Made by a program: the position numbers and the translations under genes. Positions 39,392-50,115 of a stretch of 64,000 nucleotides of DNA are shown in pieces; the first letter of the stretch is position 1, and every line of letters begins with the position of its first letter. The notes below the pieces were generated by a model. That model ran no database searches. It was not told where the DNA came from and was given only the letters and a program-made list of their open reading frames with translations. Origin of the DNA: a virus; IMG/VR virus record IMGVR_UViG_3300014913_000009, positions 25,971 to 89,970 of that record; one strand, 5' to 3'.

Positions 39392-42300
39392 TGAAAAAAA
39401 ATATAAAAATCGGACATATCCCATTGACTGTTGATCCTCAAAATATCAACATTACCAATACATCGTATAATTCTGCCGCTGTCGGATTAAGGTCCAATAG
39501 TGCACAAGTTGTTCCAACGGGATATTCCGACTTCTCGGTGATGATAAATCTTATATTCCCCAGCATTGAAGATATTAATAATAAGTTACGTCCGATAATT
39601 GCCATAAGCAAAGCACTTCCTTTTGTTCCCGTCAGGTCGGAAGATATTGCCGATGCTTTAGTATTGGGAAGCGAACTTGAAGGAGAACAAACTCAAAAAG
39701 ACGATAGGCAATTATATGAAGATCAAGTTAAGGTAGCATTCTATCAATGGGCGGAAATAGTATATCGCTATTATATATTGCCGGCAGTGAGAATAAAGAT
39801 TCAGAATGAAGATAAAAATCCTATAGACATTCTAAAAAAAGCCATCAAAGTACAATACGAAGATAGATTTCTTCCCATAGATGAAGTTTTGTATAATGAC
39901 CGAAATTCCGGCACAATTATCGCGGATAATATTACTCAAAGAAAATGGTATTGGAATTATGTTCTCCTTGAGGGCGAAAATGCAATTGACAAAAATGTAA
40001 ATTACACAAAACCACAAGTTTATGAATTGCTGGGAGACGATACTGCTCCCGATATTGATATTCAGCAGCAGCCAAAATATACATTTATAGCGTCCATTTC
40101 CGGACCCGACAAAATTATTGACGGAGACACCATAACGGTAACCCCGAGTGGTCCGTTGGGACCCCATATTGTTCGCGTAACAAATTCCGAAGATGTCAAT
40201 ATTCGCATGGTTGGATATGATTCATTTGAAACTATATCAGCATTAGGCAAAAAGCCCGATGCGAATGTTCCGGAAGATGCATTATTATGGCGGAATGGAC
40301 AAGAAGCACATTCAACAACACATGTAGATAGTGCATCGGCCGTAGATTATGCTCTCGAGTGTAAAAAGAAATTAAAAGAATTTATATTCGGAACAGGAAC
40401 CTCCCCAATAAATGTAAGAGTCGATGTATTCGATACTGATGGCTTTGATCGAGTTGTTGCAATGATCACTCCGACAGAAGGTCCAAACTCAGGCAAATCG
40501 GCCAATCATGCAATGTTGAGACAGGGACTTGCCATTCCCTATGTGGTGCAAAAAGATGATGCGGCAATATCAGATTCGTCATTTTTACTTGCAGCAAAAG
40601 AAGCCGCTGATAGCAATGTCGGATTGTGGAATGATAATTTATGGCAAGGATATTATTTTAAAGTATCAAAAAGATATCCAGGTCAAAACTTTAAAAAGAT
40701 AACATCAAACGAACTCGACATCGTCACACCAAACAAAACCAGAGGAATTGTCACACCGCATGACTTCCGTAGATTTGGCAATGATGGACCGCAAAGAGCA
40801 CATATTGGACAGCGATTATATTCGAATATAGGAGATACATCAGGATCACCGGCAAATAGAAATACGGGTCCAGATGGATATATGAGAGATGGAGAATCAT
40901 CAGAATCATTTGATTTTACACCAGAGACATTCGAGAGTGTGGAAGCAATGGATAGTGGTGTATTGGGTGTGCGAAAAAATAATTATTATTGGGATTTCAT
41001 TCCAGGTGGATTGCCAAGACGATGGATGCCCAGCGAATTGCATCAAAAACTTGAAGAGGCAATAATAAGCGTTAAGAGAGAATCTGAAATTCGACTAAGA
41101 GGGCCAGCACACATTTTTGCATCAATGGCCGATTCACTGTACGATATGGCTATAGACTTATCGAAAGGTACAATCGAATCATATGGCAGAATCAGAAGTA
41201 AGCATTACCCAGGGGATTATGTGCCATTATCATTTATTGGCTATCAATTAAGAAGTGTCCCTGAATTACCAGATGCAATACAAGCAACTCTTCAATTTAG
41301 ATATTTTAATCATACCCCATATGTACCGATATTTGCATTCATGGGAACGAGTCTTAACGAAGACGATATATTGATGCCAAATCCATCTGTCGCAGAAATA
41401 GATATTGCGCGAAATGCGGCATTCCTAATATATCTGGAAGATAATTATTTAACAGATTCTATGGACAATCGACAATCCGGCAGATATGTAAGACCATACA
41501 CTCATGCAGAAGATATTTTGCTTGAATACCAAACTCCAACCTTAACTACAGAGGCAAAAGATAAGGAGACTGATGATGTCGCATCCGAAAGAACACTTAC
41601 AAGAGGATATGGTTTCTTCTCAAGCAAGGCAATCATAAAGGCTGGGAATATTACTGACGGCGACAAAGCATCATATCAAGTTGTCATTCCAAATACACTT
41701 CTTATCGGAGCATCAATAAGTCTGCAAAATAATATTCCGCAAATTCCACTGGAAGGACTGGAATATCCAACAGCACAATATACAGGAAGAGGACAGGGAA
41801 CAGCACAATTAGTACTGCAGACAAATGACAGATCCGCCATAAGAGCATTACATCATGTTCGCTCATTATCTCAGGAGAGTGCCAGATTGGCAGATAGTTA
41901 TGATTTGAGAAATGCCACAATATCATTCGTACATCCACTTCTCAATATTACAGGAATGCATACATTCGTTATTGATAATATTCAAGAAGATAACGATCCA
42001 AATAATCCCGGTTTATTTAATATTACAATCGACTTAATGGAATCCTCATCGCGATATTCAGTAAGAGAAAAACTCAATCTTGTGAAAATCGGAACAAGCG
42101 AAGATATTATGGAGGATGAATTGGTTGATCAGGTTATTGAGGAAATGTTAGTTGGCCCACCCGATGTAAAAGAAGGGTTAATAAAAGAATTTGTTGGAAA
42201 TGTAAAACGCAAGGAAGGAGATAATCCTTGGTTTTCTACAATAGGGACAAGAAGAGAATCGCTCGAAAGACAAACGAAGTATACAACACTTAAGTATGAC

Positions 42301-45300
42301 GGTTATAGCTATGACTCGATTGGATTAGACAGAGGCTGGATCAAAAAAGACATTGACAGCCAGTATCTCGATACTGGCCAATCAATATTGTTCGGATTAC
42401 TTCCATTCCTATTTGTGGAGGGTGATCCAATGACCCCCCATGATAGTTATTTGTCTCCAAACGGAGACAAATGGAAAGAAATGGGGATCCTTCTTCAAAA
42501 AGAGGGAAAGAGAGATACCAATGACAATAGAGGCAAGAAAGTAAATAAGAAGATTTATGATAAAATCGAAGACAAACTCATTTCGTTGGTAGGCATGAGA
42601 AGCAAGCAAGAAGAATTGATAATCCGGAATTGGCTAAAAGACAATTTGTGGAAAAGAGATACCTATCAAGAAATGCTATATACTACAACTACGGCAGACA
42701 TTGTCAAAAGTCAATTTAATCTTATTGGCGGAATTACATCGAGAGATGCTGCAGCCGGAAGTCTTGCTGCGACATCCGCTATCGCACTCGCACTTCAATA
42801 TGGAGTTCTTACATTTGGTGCTGCCGGAGCGGCAGTCTCATCTGGAGCTTTTGTGGTAATTATAGGAAGTGTTGTGTCAATATATAAATCTGTCGAAGGA
42901 GGATTTCAACTTATTGGCAAAAAGGATCGCATTGATTCTAAATTCACAACTGCTTACCCTAGTCGATATCCCGACGGCAGATTGTCTCATCTTGCTCCAC
43001 CTCGCTCTGGAAGTGATTGGTATTCTGCATTCTATAATGCAATGACTAATTATCAATATGGAGATTATTGTTCGAAGGTCGGACAAGACGTTGCAAGTTC
43101 TCAGTTGGCTCCGAAAAGAGAAATTGATACTGATACCGAAACATCATCAATAATTTATGGAAAAGACAAAATTACTATACATCCATATTGGGCAAGACAT
43201 GCGTGGGGAGCATTATCAACAGCACCCCAAATGATGGATAGTCAAATAACCGAATTGTGGAATCAAACCAAAAATTATACAAGCGTCGATATAAAATATG
43301 TCTTGCGATTTTTATTCAAATTATCCCTCAAATTTGAATCATTTAAAGCACATTTTCTTTCCGCGGCAACGAAACATCTTCCCCATCTCGCCAACAATCT
43401 TGATGGCAGTATTATGACTTCCGATGAACCGGATATGTATTACGATTTGAATTTGCCAACATATAATGAAATTTACGGTCAATTCCATGTGCCGAATATT
43501 GATGCTCGCAAAAGGCTATATAGGGGAGCAATAAGACTTGTAGAAATTGGCAGAGAAATAAACAAGAAGATGGGAGGATGGAAAAAACCATATCCAGATG
43601 CAACATATCCATTCAAAGCATTGTCAAGAATAGAAGTTACACCTCTTGAAAAAGACATAGATGTCCCAAATCCAATGGAATTAATCAATGGAATTACTGA
43701 AACATTTAATATGGTAGGCGATGTATGGGAAGTTGAAGAGCCATCAAAAATAGAAAATGTATTCAAAGATGGAGATAATGCCAAAAAATGGTATGATAAT
43801 ATTTTGTGGAGAGGACATGCAAATGCCGATAACGAACTTCAAGAAAAAATTGACAATTACAATGGTCCTCCAGCGAGAGATCAGGCAAGATTACAACTTG
43901 CATGGATGGGAATTATAGATGATATAAAACGCATCATGTCAAGTTATAATAAAGAAGAAAATACCCCCGAAGAATTATTGCCATCATTCCGCGATATGGG
44001 AATTCGTGGCCCACACGCATTTAATCAGATGGCTAAGTGCAGAGGGGGAAATGATACGGTAAATCCCGGATGGATGTACTATTCTCCGAAGGTTGATATT
44101 TGGGGACAAACAGAAACAACAATTGATGATATGCAAAAATTTGCATCAGAAATATCAAGCATTGGTCCAGACGCAGAAGACACGGGAAGCACTAAAGAAC
44201 TTCCTTTAAGAATCAATAGAGAATCTACGCTTACAAACGTATGGATGGGGAGGGGACCCGCTTCAAAAAAAACAAGCGATGTTGCGTCGCCAGACAGTCA
44301 TGTCGTCCAAAACAAAGCTGGAACGCCGGTATCACAATCTCGCGGCGACGCAGCAACAAAAAAAGGAGGGCATGGTCAAGTTGCGGAAAAAAATGCACAA
44401 TTAAAAAAATTAGCCAGAAATATGGGATATCAAGATGTCAATCTTAATCCTGATGTCCGTCACATCGCAAAAACTAACGTTGAAAATAATCCTCCAAACA
44501 AAGGCAACAAAGACAAACCTGCCCTGATATCAGATTCGAAAAAACTTGTCTCGCCAGGAATAGCATCATCGCCCGCATATCCTGGGGGCAATTTTGGGAC
44601 CCGCGGAGAACAAAAAAAACACATGAAAAGGGTATTTGAAGCACAACCAAAATATCCATTTAATATGCGATTTGCCTATCCTGCAGTAGCAATGTATTTT
44701 GTAGAAGAAGACAATGAGACCTGGGGATATTTCGATGATTACTATAGATACGATTCGATAGTCAGTGTGGAGGTGATCCGTGATAAACAAATCACCGATT
44801 TGGCGGTAATCACATTAACCAATATGACTGGCATATTATCCAACGCACTCAATGAAGATCGCGTGAATGGCAAGCCCGGCAAGGTAATTAAATCAGACGA
44901 TACAACAAGAGTCGAGGCATGGGACAATACTAACGACACATGGAAAAAAGGCAAGAAGGCAGAGTTTTGGGAAGATCAAGAAGATCAATTATTATCATTC
45001 CGAATTAAACAGGGAACACGCATTATTCTTAAAATGGGATATTCCACAAAAGGAATTGATTTGCCGACAATATTTACAGGGCAAGTCGCAGAAATAAGCG
45101 CTGGACCAATCACAACAATCATTTGTCAGGCATATGACTATCAATTGGCAGAGCCATTATATGAAGAATGGGGAAGAGCAGAACAAGAATTTCCCGGGAT
45201 CATTTGCGACATGCTGGCTAAAGTAAATTATTTCGGCGGCTATGCATTCTATCGCGATAGACTTGAAGGGCAAACACAAGGCAGGGGGGCAGATCAAGGC

Positions 45301-47730
45301 AATATAGATATATGCAACGGTCGAAATTGGCTCAACTCAACTCAAGGCGATAATCTCTATATAGAACATTATGATTATTGGGAAGCATTCAATTCACTGG
45401 GGACGGTCGGTGATGATTGGTATTGCGGCGGTCCAATGCTTGAAAACCTATATAGTATGCAACGATATAAGCCTCATGACGCGATGGCAGTATTGCCATA
45501 TGATGGTCGGTCCACATTATATTTTGGGCCGACTGACGGAGCGTATATGTGCACCTCAAGGGCTGCTAGCGTACTGAGGGTGTGGGCAACAAGAAGAGAG
45601 ATGTATTCTGAATTAAAATCGAGCGGAAAATGGATTGCATTTGATGGCGCATTAAAAAAAGAAGGAGATGCACAATCAGATTATGCCGAAGAAATATCCG
45701 ATGCATACGAAAGTGCTGAGCATACAACAAGAAAAAGAGGAATAAAAGAATTGCAACAGGATGTAGTGGATAAAGAAGAAGGGGTGTCATTATATGCGAT
45801 TCCAGATGAGGCACTTCCGATGTTTCCCGTTTCAGTTCAAGATGACAGTTCCCTCGCCATGACAACAGCGATAAATACGAAATATCTTGGAAGAGCAGAA
45901 ATAAACAAAAGTAAGTTCGACAAATTTTATGCCAATGAAAGAATAGATGAAATTATAGACCATATAAAGGAATGTCCTCCTGAAATATTACAAGCACTTC
46001 TTAATGACCTTATTTTATATGCCATAATTAATTACAAGTTACTTGAACCGGGAATGGATTATCCAAGCGTCGTAGCATTATCTCCAACCCGTTACAACAA
46101 TGAAATATCTAGCGGAATGACAGGAGATAATGCGACAGAAGAAATAACCTTATCTACTATTGCAGAGCGAAAAAATACTCAAGATGTAAAAATAGAATGG
46201 GTAACATCATCAATGTCTGCCGCAACGAAAAAGGCAAAGCAATTAACTGAAACGTCAGAACATGATTATGGAATTGTTAAAAACGATATATCTGATGTTT
46301 ATGTTTTTTATACATATAAAGAGGCAAGTCTGAAGGAAACAAATGATTCGGGAGAAAAGATTAAAAAATACCTCACAGAAGTAGTCAGGGCGATAAAAGA
46401 TGATAAGAAGAGTACTCCATCTCCAAACAAATTTATGAAAGAACAGGGATCTGTTGCACGACTTGCAAATGAAAGATGCAATAACTCGAATATGATTGTT
46501 AGCAGTCTTGTTGTAAGTATGGATGGGACTTGGGGCTGTCAATATTTTCCAGCGCAAGTAGATTTAAAATTATTGGGCTTTATTAATTATGAATCGGCAT
46601 CTGGTCGTGCGATACCATTGTGGAATCTTATTATAGGATCGCTTATTCCATATCTGGATATCCTTCCAACGTTCGTTGCCAACAATCCAGAAAGCGCGAT
46701 GGCAAGAACTTATAACGCACTACAATCATCCGATACATCGAACCTCCCCCCAAATATGATGCCATTCAGAGATCACCATCTCGCTAAAAGCGGATACAAT
46801 CTTGTTTCAAATCAGATAGTTGCATCGAGATCTCATATGGGAAATATTGCTGTAGTTGAATCACCCGGAGGAGAACCAGACATCGAAAGCAGTGATGGTG
46901 GAAAAACAATAGAGATTGGCAAAGCCAAATATATCATAAGGGCAAGCGTCACACACGAAGATGAATTGGTGTATCCCATCAGCCAATATTTCTATGATAT
47001 AAATGCATATCATCAGGGTGAGTCATGGCAAGTAGCAATGACTTGTCTCGGAGATGCTTTGCGCGAAATGTATCAGGGACAACTCGTAATATTGGGCGAT
47101 CCAAAAGTAAAGCCCCACGATATCGTCAATCTTATTGATAGCAAAAATATGATGAATGGTGCATTTGAGGTAAAAAGAGTTGTCCATCATTTTTCGCATG
47201 AAAGCGGATATTTAACAACGATTAATCCGCATATGATTGTACATGTTAATCGGGATACAGACTACTGGACCTCATTGGGTGTAAGCGCAGCAATGTTCGC
47301 TACAACAGTTGGTGTTACTGTAGGAGTGGGGCTCTTGACTGGAGGCGTAGGATCAGCCGCATTTGCTGCTGGAGCGATGGGCGGATTGGCTGGTATGTCC
47401 GGACTCCCAACCGGCAGTATTCTGGGCATCTCATTCCCATGGATAAGTGGGCAGGCCAAGATCGGACCGTCTCGACATAATCCTGTACGCATTTCCCCAT
47501 TAGTATATAAAGGAGAACCTTATACAGTAGGGCTTGAAGGATGGGAGAAATATGCGTATAATCCTAATAAGAGTGGCGGAAGTTATGCTGTAGAACAACT
47601 ACAGAAAAAAATTGATGCTGTCCCCGAAGGAATAGATGCAATTAACAAAAACATATCGCGATATTGGAATGCTTACAATTCATTTAGAATTGGCGATATG
47701 GATTACAATGAAGGGAATGTGGTAGAATGA
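39391..47730 (+). CDS. Giant baseplate hub protein with thermonuclease (SNase) domain
   Basis: SNase IIDGDT, IRMVGYDSFET, DGFDR, AMLRQGLA, VGLW (40111-40629); gp27/VgrG-like RIILKMGY..IFTGQV and YQGQLVILGDPKVKPHD..FEVKRVVHHFS. Confidence 0.8.
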   Translation: MKKNIKIGHIPLTVDPQNINITNTSYNSAAVGLRSNSAQVVPTGYSDFSVMINLIFPSIEDINNKLRPIIAISKALPFVPVRSEDIADALVLGSELEGEQTQKDDRQLYEDQVKVAFYQWAEIVYRYYILPAVRIKIQNEDKNPIDILKKAIKVQYEDRFLPIDEVLYNDRNSGTIIADNITQRKWYWNYVLLEGENAIDKNVNYTKPQVYELLGDDTAPDIDIQQQPKYTFIASISGPDKIIDGDTITVTPSGPLGPHIVRVTNSEDVNIRMVGYDSFETISALGKKPDANVPEDALLWRNGQEAHSTTHVDSASAVDYALECKKKLKEFIFGTGTSPINVRVDVFDTDGFDRVVAMITPTEGPNSGKSANHAMLRQGLAIPYVVQKDDAAISDSSFLLAAKEAADSNVGLWNDNLWQGYYFKVSKRYPGQNFKKITSNELDIVTPNKTRGIVTPHDFRRFGNDGPQRAHIGQRLYSNIGDTSGSPANRNTGPDGYMRDGESSESFDFTPETFESVEAMDSGVLGVRKNNYYWDFIPGGLPRRWMPSELHQKLEEAIISVKRESEIRLRGPAHIFASMADSLYDMAIDLSKGTIESYGRIRSKHYPGDYVPLSFIGYQLRSVPELPDAIQATLQFRYFNHTPYVPIFAFMGTSLNEDDILMPNPSVAEIDIARNAAFLIYLEDNYLTDSMDNRQSGRYVRPYTHAEDILLEYQTPTLTTEAKDKETDDVASERTLTRGYGFFSSKAIIKAGNITDGDKASYQVVIPNTLLIGASISLQNNIPQIPLEGLEYPTAQYTGRGQGTAQLVLQTNDRSAIRALHHVRSLSQESARLADSYDLRNATISFVHPLLNITGMHTFVIDNIQEDNDPNNPGLFNITIDLMESSSRYSVREKLNLVKIGTSEDIMEDELVDQVIEEMLVGPPDVKEGLIKEFVGNVKRKEGDNPWFSTIGTRRESLERQTKYTTLKYDGYSYDSIGLDRGWIKKDIDSQYLDTGQSILFGLLPFLFVEGDPMTPHDSYLSPNGDKWKEMGILLQKEGKRDTNDNRGKKVNKKIYDKIEDKLISLVGMRSKQEELIIRNWLKDNLWKRDTYQEMLYTTTTADIVKSQFNLIGGITSRDAAAGSLAATSAIALALQYGVLTFGAAGAAVSSGAFVVIIGSVVSIYKSVEGGFQLIGKKDRIDSKFTTAYPSRYPDGRLSHLAPPRSGSDWYSAFYNAMTNYQYGDYCSKVGQDVASSQLAPKREIDTDTETSSIIYGKDKITIHPYWARHAWGALSTAPQMMDSQITELWNQTKNYTSVDIKYVLRFLFKLSLKFESFKAHFLSAATKHLPHLANNLDGSIMTSDEPDMYYDLNLPTYNEIYGQFHVPNIDARKRLYRGAIRLVEIGREINKKMGGWKKPYPDATYPFKALSRIEVTPLEKDIDVPNPMELINGITETFNMVGDVWEVEEPSKIENVFKDGDNAKKWYDNILWRGHANADNELQEKIDNYNGPPARDQARLQLAWMGIIDDIKRIMSSYNKEENTPEELLPSFRDMGIRGPHAFNQMAKCRGGNDTVNPGWMYYSPKVDIWGQTETTIDDMQKFASEISSIGPDAEDTGSTKELPLRINRESTLTNVWMGRGPASKKTSDVASPDSHVVQNKAGTPVSQSRGDAATKKGGHGQVAEKNAQLKKLARNMGYQDVNLNPDVRHIAKTNVENNPPNKGNKDKPALISDSKKLVSPGIASSPAYPGGNFGTRGEQKKHMKRVFEAQPKYPFNMRFAYPAVAMYFVEEDNETWGYFDDYYRYDSIVSVEVIRDKQITDLAVITLTNMTGILSNALNEDRVNGKPGKVIKSDDTTRVEAWDNTNDTWKKGKKAEFWEDQEDQLLSFRIKQGTRIILKMGYSTKGIDLPTIFTGQVAEISAGPITTIICQAYDYQLAEPLYEEWGRAEQEFPGIICDMLAKVNYFGGYAFYRDRLEGQTQGRGADQGNIDICNGRNWLNSTQGDNLYIEHYDYWEAFNSLGTVGDDWYCGGPMLENLYSMQRYKPHDAMAVLPYDGRSTLYFGPTDGAYMCTSRAASVLRVWATRREMYSELKSSGKWIAFDGALKKEGDAQSDYAEEISDAYESAEHTTRKRGIKELQQDVVDKEEGVSLYAIPDEALPMFPVSVQDDSSLAMTTAINTKYLGRAEINKSKFDKFYANERIDEIIDHIKECPPEILQALLNDLILYAIINYKLLEPGMDYPSVVALSPTRYNNEISSGMTGDNATEEITLSTIAERKNTQDVKIEWVTSSMSAATKKAKQLTETSEHDYGIVKNDISDVYVFYTYKEASLKETNDSGEKIKKYLTEVVRAIKDDKKSTPSPNKFMKEQGSVARLANERCNNSNMIVSSLVVSMDGTWGCQYFPAQVDLKLLGFINYESASGRAIPLWNLIIGSLIPYLDILPTFVANNPESAMARTYNALQSSDTSNLPPNMMPFRDHHLAKSGYNLVSNQIVASRSHMGNIAVVESPGGEPDIESSDGGKTIEIGKAKYIIRASVTHEDELVYPISQYFYDINAYHQGESWQVAMTCLGDALREMYQGQLVILGDPKVKPHDIVNLIDSKNMMNGAFEVKRVVHHFSHESGYLTTINPHMIVHVNRDTDYWTSLGVSAAMFATTVGVTVGVGLLTGGVGSAAFAAGAMGGLAGMSGLPTGSILGISFPWISGQAKIGPSRHNPVRISPLVYKGEPYTVGLEGWEKYAYNPNKSGGSYAVEQLQKKIDAVPEGIDAINKNISRYWNAYNSFRIGDMDYNEGNVVE

Positions 47731-48506
47731 ACCAACCAACGCATACTCCATCTAAACTGCAACCAAACCAGACTCAACTTGCACCGATTACCGGCGTAAT
47801 ATTACAAGCTGGAAAACCTCCCATGATTGAGGTTATTTTAAATAATCAAAATGCAGTTATAATAATTGACCCGTCAGAACTCTCAAAACTCAATCCTGAC
47901 GACATAAATCCGAGTACTGATTTCGCTCTTGTTACAGGATCCAATGTTGGCGGAAAAACAAAAAGTCTTACGGCAACAATTGCACAAACCGCCGACGACA
48001 CATCGGCGAAACGTATTGCCTACAAGGTATCTGAACCAAAAGACAGGCCGATTCCAGGGGGCTCTACTGAACAATCGTCAAAAATGACTACTGCAGATGC
48101 TCAGAAAATATTTAATGGAATGACAAGTTCTCCCGAAAATAAAATCAATGAATTAAAACAAGGAAAGAAACCAAACAAATTGGTCGGTCTTGGAAAAGTA
48201 TTTATCGCAGGATCTAATCCTGACAATAAATTATCGATATCTGAAGATGGGGCTGAAATGGGATCGGGAGATACGACAGTCGCAACAGGAGGGATGGGAG
48301 TTCAGATGGGAGGAGCATCAATGAAAATGGCATGTCAGTCAGACCAAGTACAAAATGCGATGTCAAAACCCAACCCCCTTATGAGAACACTCGGACCAAG
48401 TACTACGATGAATCCATTCCCGCAATATTTAATAGCGGCTGGAGGAATGCTACTCGGTATTTATGCAATTACAAAAGCGATACAATCTTTCGGAGGCAGT
48501 GAATAA
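47727..48506 (+). CDS. Putative baseplate spike-associated protein
   Basis: Between hub and gp25-like gene; short beta repeats LSISEDGAEMGSG; function inferred from position only. Confidence 0.35.
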   Translation: MNQPTHTPSKLQPNQTQLAPITGVILQAGKPPMIEVILNNQNAVIIIDPSELSKLNPDDINPSTDFALVTGSNVGGKTKSLTATIAQTADDTSAKRIAYKVSEPKDRPIPGGSTEQSSKMTTADAQKIFNGMTSSPENKINELKQGKKPNKLVGLGKVFIAGSNPDNKLSISEDGAEMGSGDTTVATGGMGVQMGGASMKMACQSDQVQNAMSKPNPLMRTLGPSTTMNPFPQYLIAAGGMLLGIYAITKAIQSFGGSE

Positions 48507-48949
48507 TGTCAACTTTTACAGATTTGGATTTTGCCATAGATGATAATGGGAATTTGTCAACACGCAATGGGGATATTGCCAGGCATGGATCTCTTGACAG
48601 TATGGCGAAAACCATTGAATGGCGACTCAAAACATCCAGACAAGAATGGAGAGGAGTCAATCCTTTTATTGTCGCTGGACTGGATGAATTCAGAGGACAT
48701 CGAAACACAAAAGAAACAGGTGAGTCGATGAAAGTCCGAATAGAAAACGCTTTATCAGCGGATCTATTTATCCATCCAACAAGATTGCAAGTAGATGTGG
48801 TCCCAATTAACGCCGAAGAAGTTCGCGTATTTATCAAAATAAACAGATTCAGAGCACTGGATATTGATGGCTCGGTAGATATAGAATATTCATATCAATT
48901 TAATTTCAACGAAGGGGATATAATATCCCTTACTGGAGGCACAAGATAA
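48506..48949 (+). CDS. gp25/GPW-like baseplate wedge (sheath initiator)
   Basis: DLDFAIDDNGNL, IEWRLKT...EW, RIENALS, VDVVPI; directly before baseplate J. Confidence 0.75.
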   Translation: MSTFTDLDFAIDDNGNLSTRNGDIARHGSLDSMAKTIEWRLKTSRQEWRGVNPFIVAGLDEFRGHRNTKETGESMKVRIENALSADLFIHPTRLQVDVVPINAEEVRVFIKINRFRALDIDGSVDIEYSYQFNFNEGDIISLTGGTR

Positions 48950-50115
48950 TGACAACAAATGAACTTATAGATTTTGAGGGTTCTGATGTCATTCGAGAAC
49001 GAATGATAAAAAGAGCTATTTCGGCTAATTTACCGGGAATATCTGAAGGGCAAACATTAAGAAATTTATGTTCCTTATTTGCCAACGAATTGCAGAGTCA
49101 ACACAACAAGACTATGTATGCAATGGCAAATTCAACTCCGCTAAATGCTTCTGGGCCATATCTCGATATGATTGGAGAATCAATTTTCGGGATAGTAAGA
49201 CATGGGGCTATCTCGGCCAATACGACAGAGGCAGATAGAAACATAATATTTAGCGTTACCAATGGCCCTCTTTCCGATTACCTCACAACCTCGTCCAACG
49301 GAAGACCCTATATCCCTCAGGATACGGTCATCACAGATGGCAATGGAAACGATTACAAAATATCGTCCAACATCTATGTATCGCAAACAGCCACAGAAGT
49401 ATTTGTTCCGGCACGAGCAACAATAAGTGGGAGATCTCGTAACGTTCCTGCTAATGCACTGACAATGCATTCTATTGACACAAGAATCCAGTGTACCAAT
49501 CGCTATGATATTTCCAATGGGCAAGATGTAGAATCAGACCAGAATTATAGATATAGAGTAATGAATGCACACTTAGCATCCCAAAGCGGGAACAGGGCAA
49601 GCATTGAAAATGCAATTGCCGGAGTTCCGGGAATAAGTAGATTTACTGTTAATGAAAATTTTAACGGGCCAGGAACTGTCGAAATAATTTTGGTGCCAAT
49701 TGGGAATAAGCTTCCCCCATCGACAAAAAGAAGTGCACAAATTGCCGTACAAAGTGTATCCCCTGCATCGTCAATTATTATTGTTAGAGAACCATTATAT
49801 GTTGAATATGAAATGGCATTAACCATGAGTCGCCGAAACAAAATCAATAATACCGCAAGTATGATTCGGAACAATACGATTAGTGCATTGTCGACATATT
49901 TCAACGCAGTTCCAATGGGAGGGCAATTGGATACCAACTCCATGATAGCGACATTGCTTGGCGGGCTATCTCAATATGGTGTAGCGGATATAAAAATCAC
50001 CTGCTTCCTGTTAAATCAACAAGCAATCAAGCCGGGCATTGTCAAATTGGCAAAGAAAGATTTGCTAGTGCCATCTTCATTTGTCGCAGAACCGATTAAG
50101 GTATTAGTAGCATGA
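48949..50115 (+). CDS. Baseplate J-like protein
   Basis: ASGPYLDMIG, NGQDVESDQNYRYR, VPGI, GPGTVEI motifs. Confidence 0.88.
   Translation: MTTNELIDFEGSDVIRERMIKRAISANLPGISEGQTLRNLCSLFANELQSQHNKTMYAMANSTPLNASGPYLDMIGESIFGIVRHGAISANTTEADRNIIFSVTNGPLSDYLTTSSNGRPYIPQDTVITDGNGNDYKISSNIYVSQTATEVFVPARATISGRSRNVPANALTMHSIDTRIQCTNRYDISNGQDVESDQNYRYRVMNAHLASQSGNRASIENAIAGVPGISRFTVNENFNGPGTVEIILVPIGNKLPPSTKRSAQIAVQSVSPASSIIIVREPLYVEYEMALTMSRRNKINNTASMIRNNTISALSTYFNAVPMGGQLDTNSMIATLLGGLSQYGVADIKITCFLLNQQAIKPGIVKLAKKDLLVPSSFVAEPIKVLVA

Noticed and set aside
24911-50115. Extracellular contractile injection system or tailocin
   Set aside because: Terminase, portal, protease and capsid genes show a complete phage
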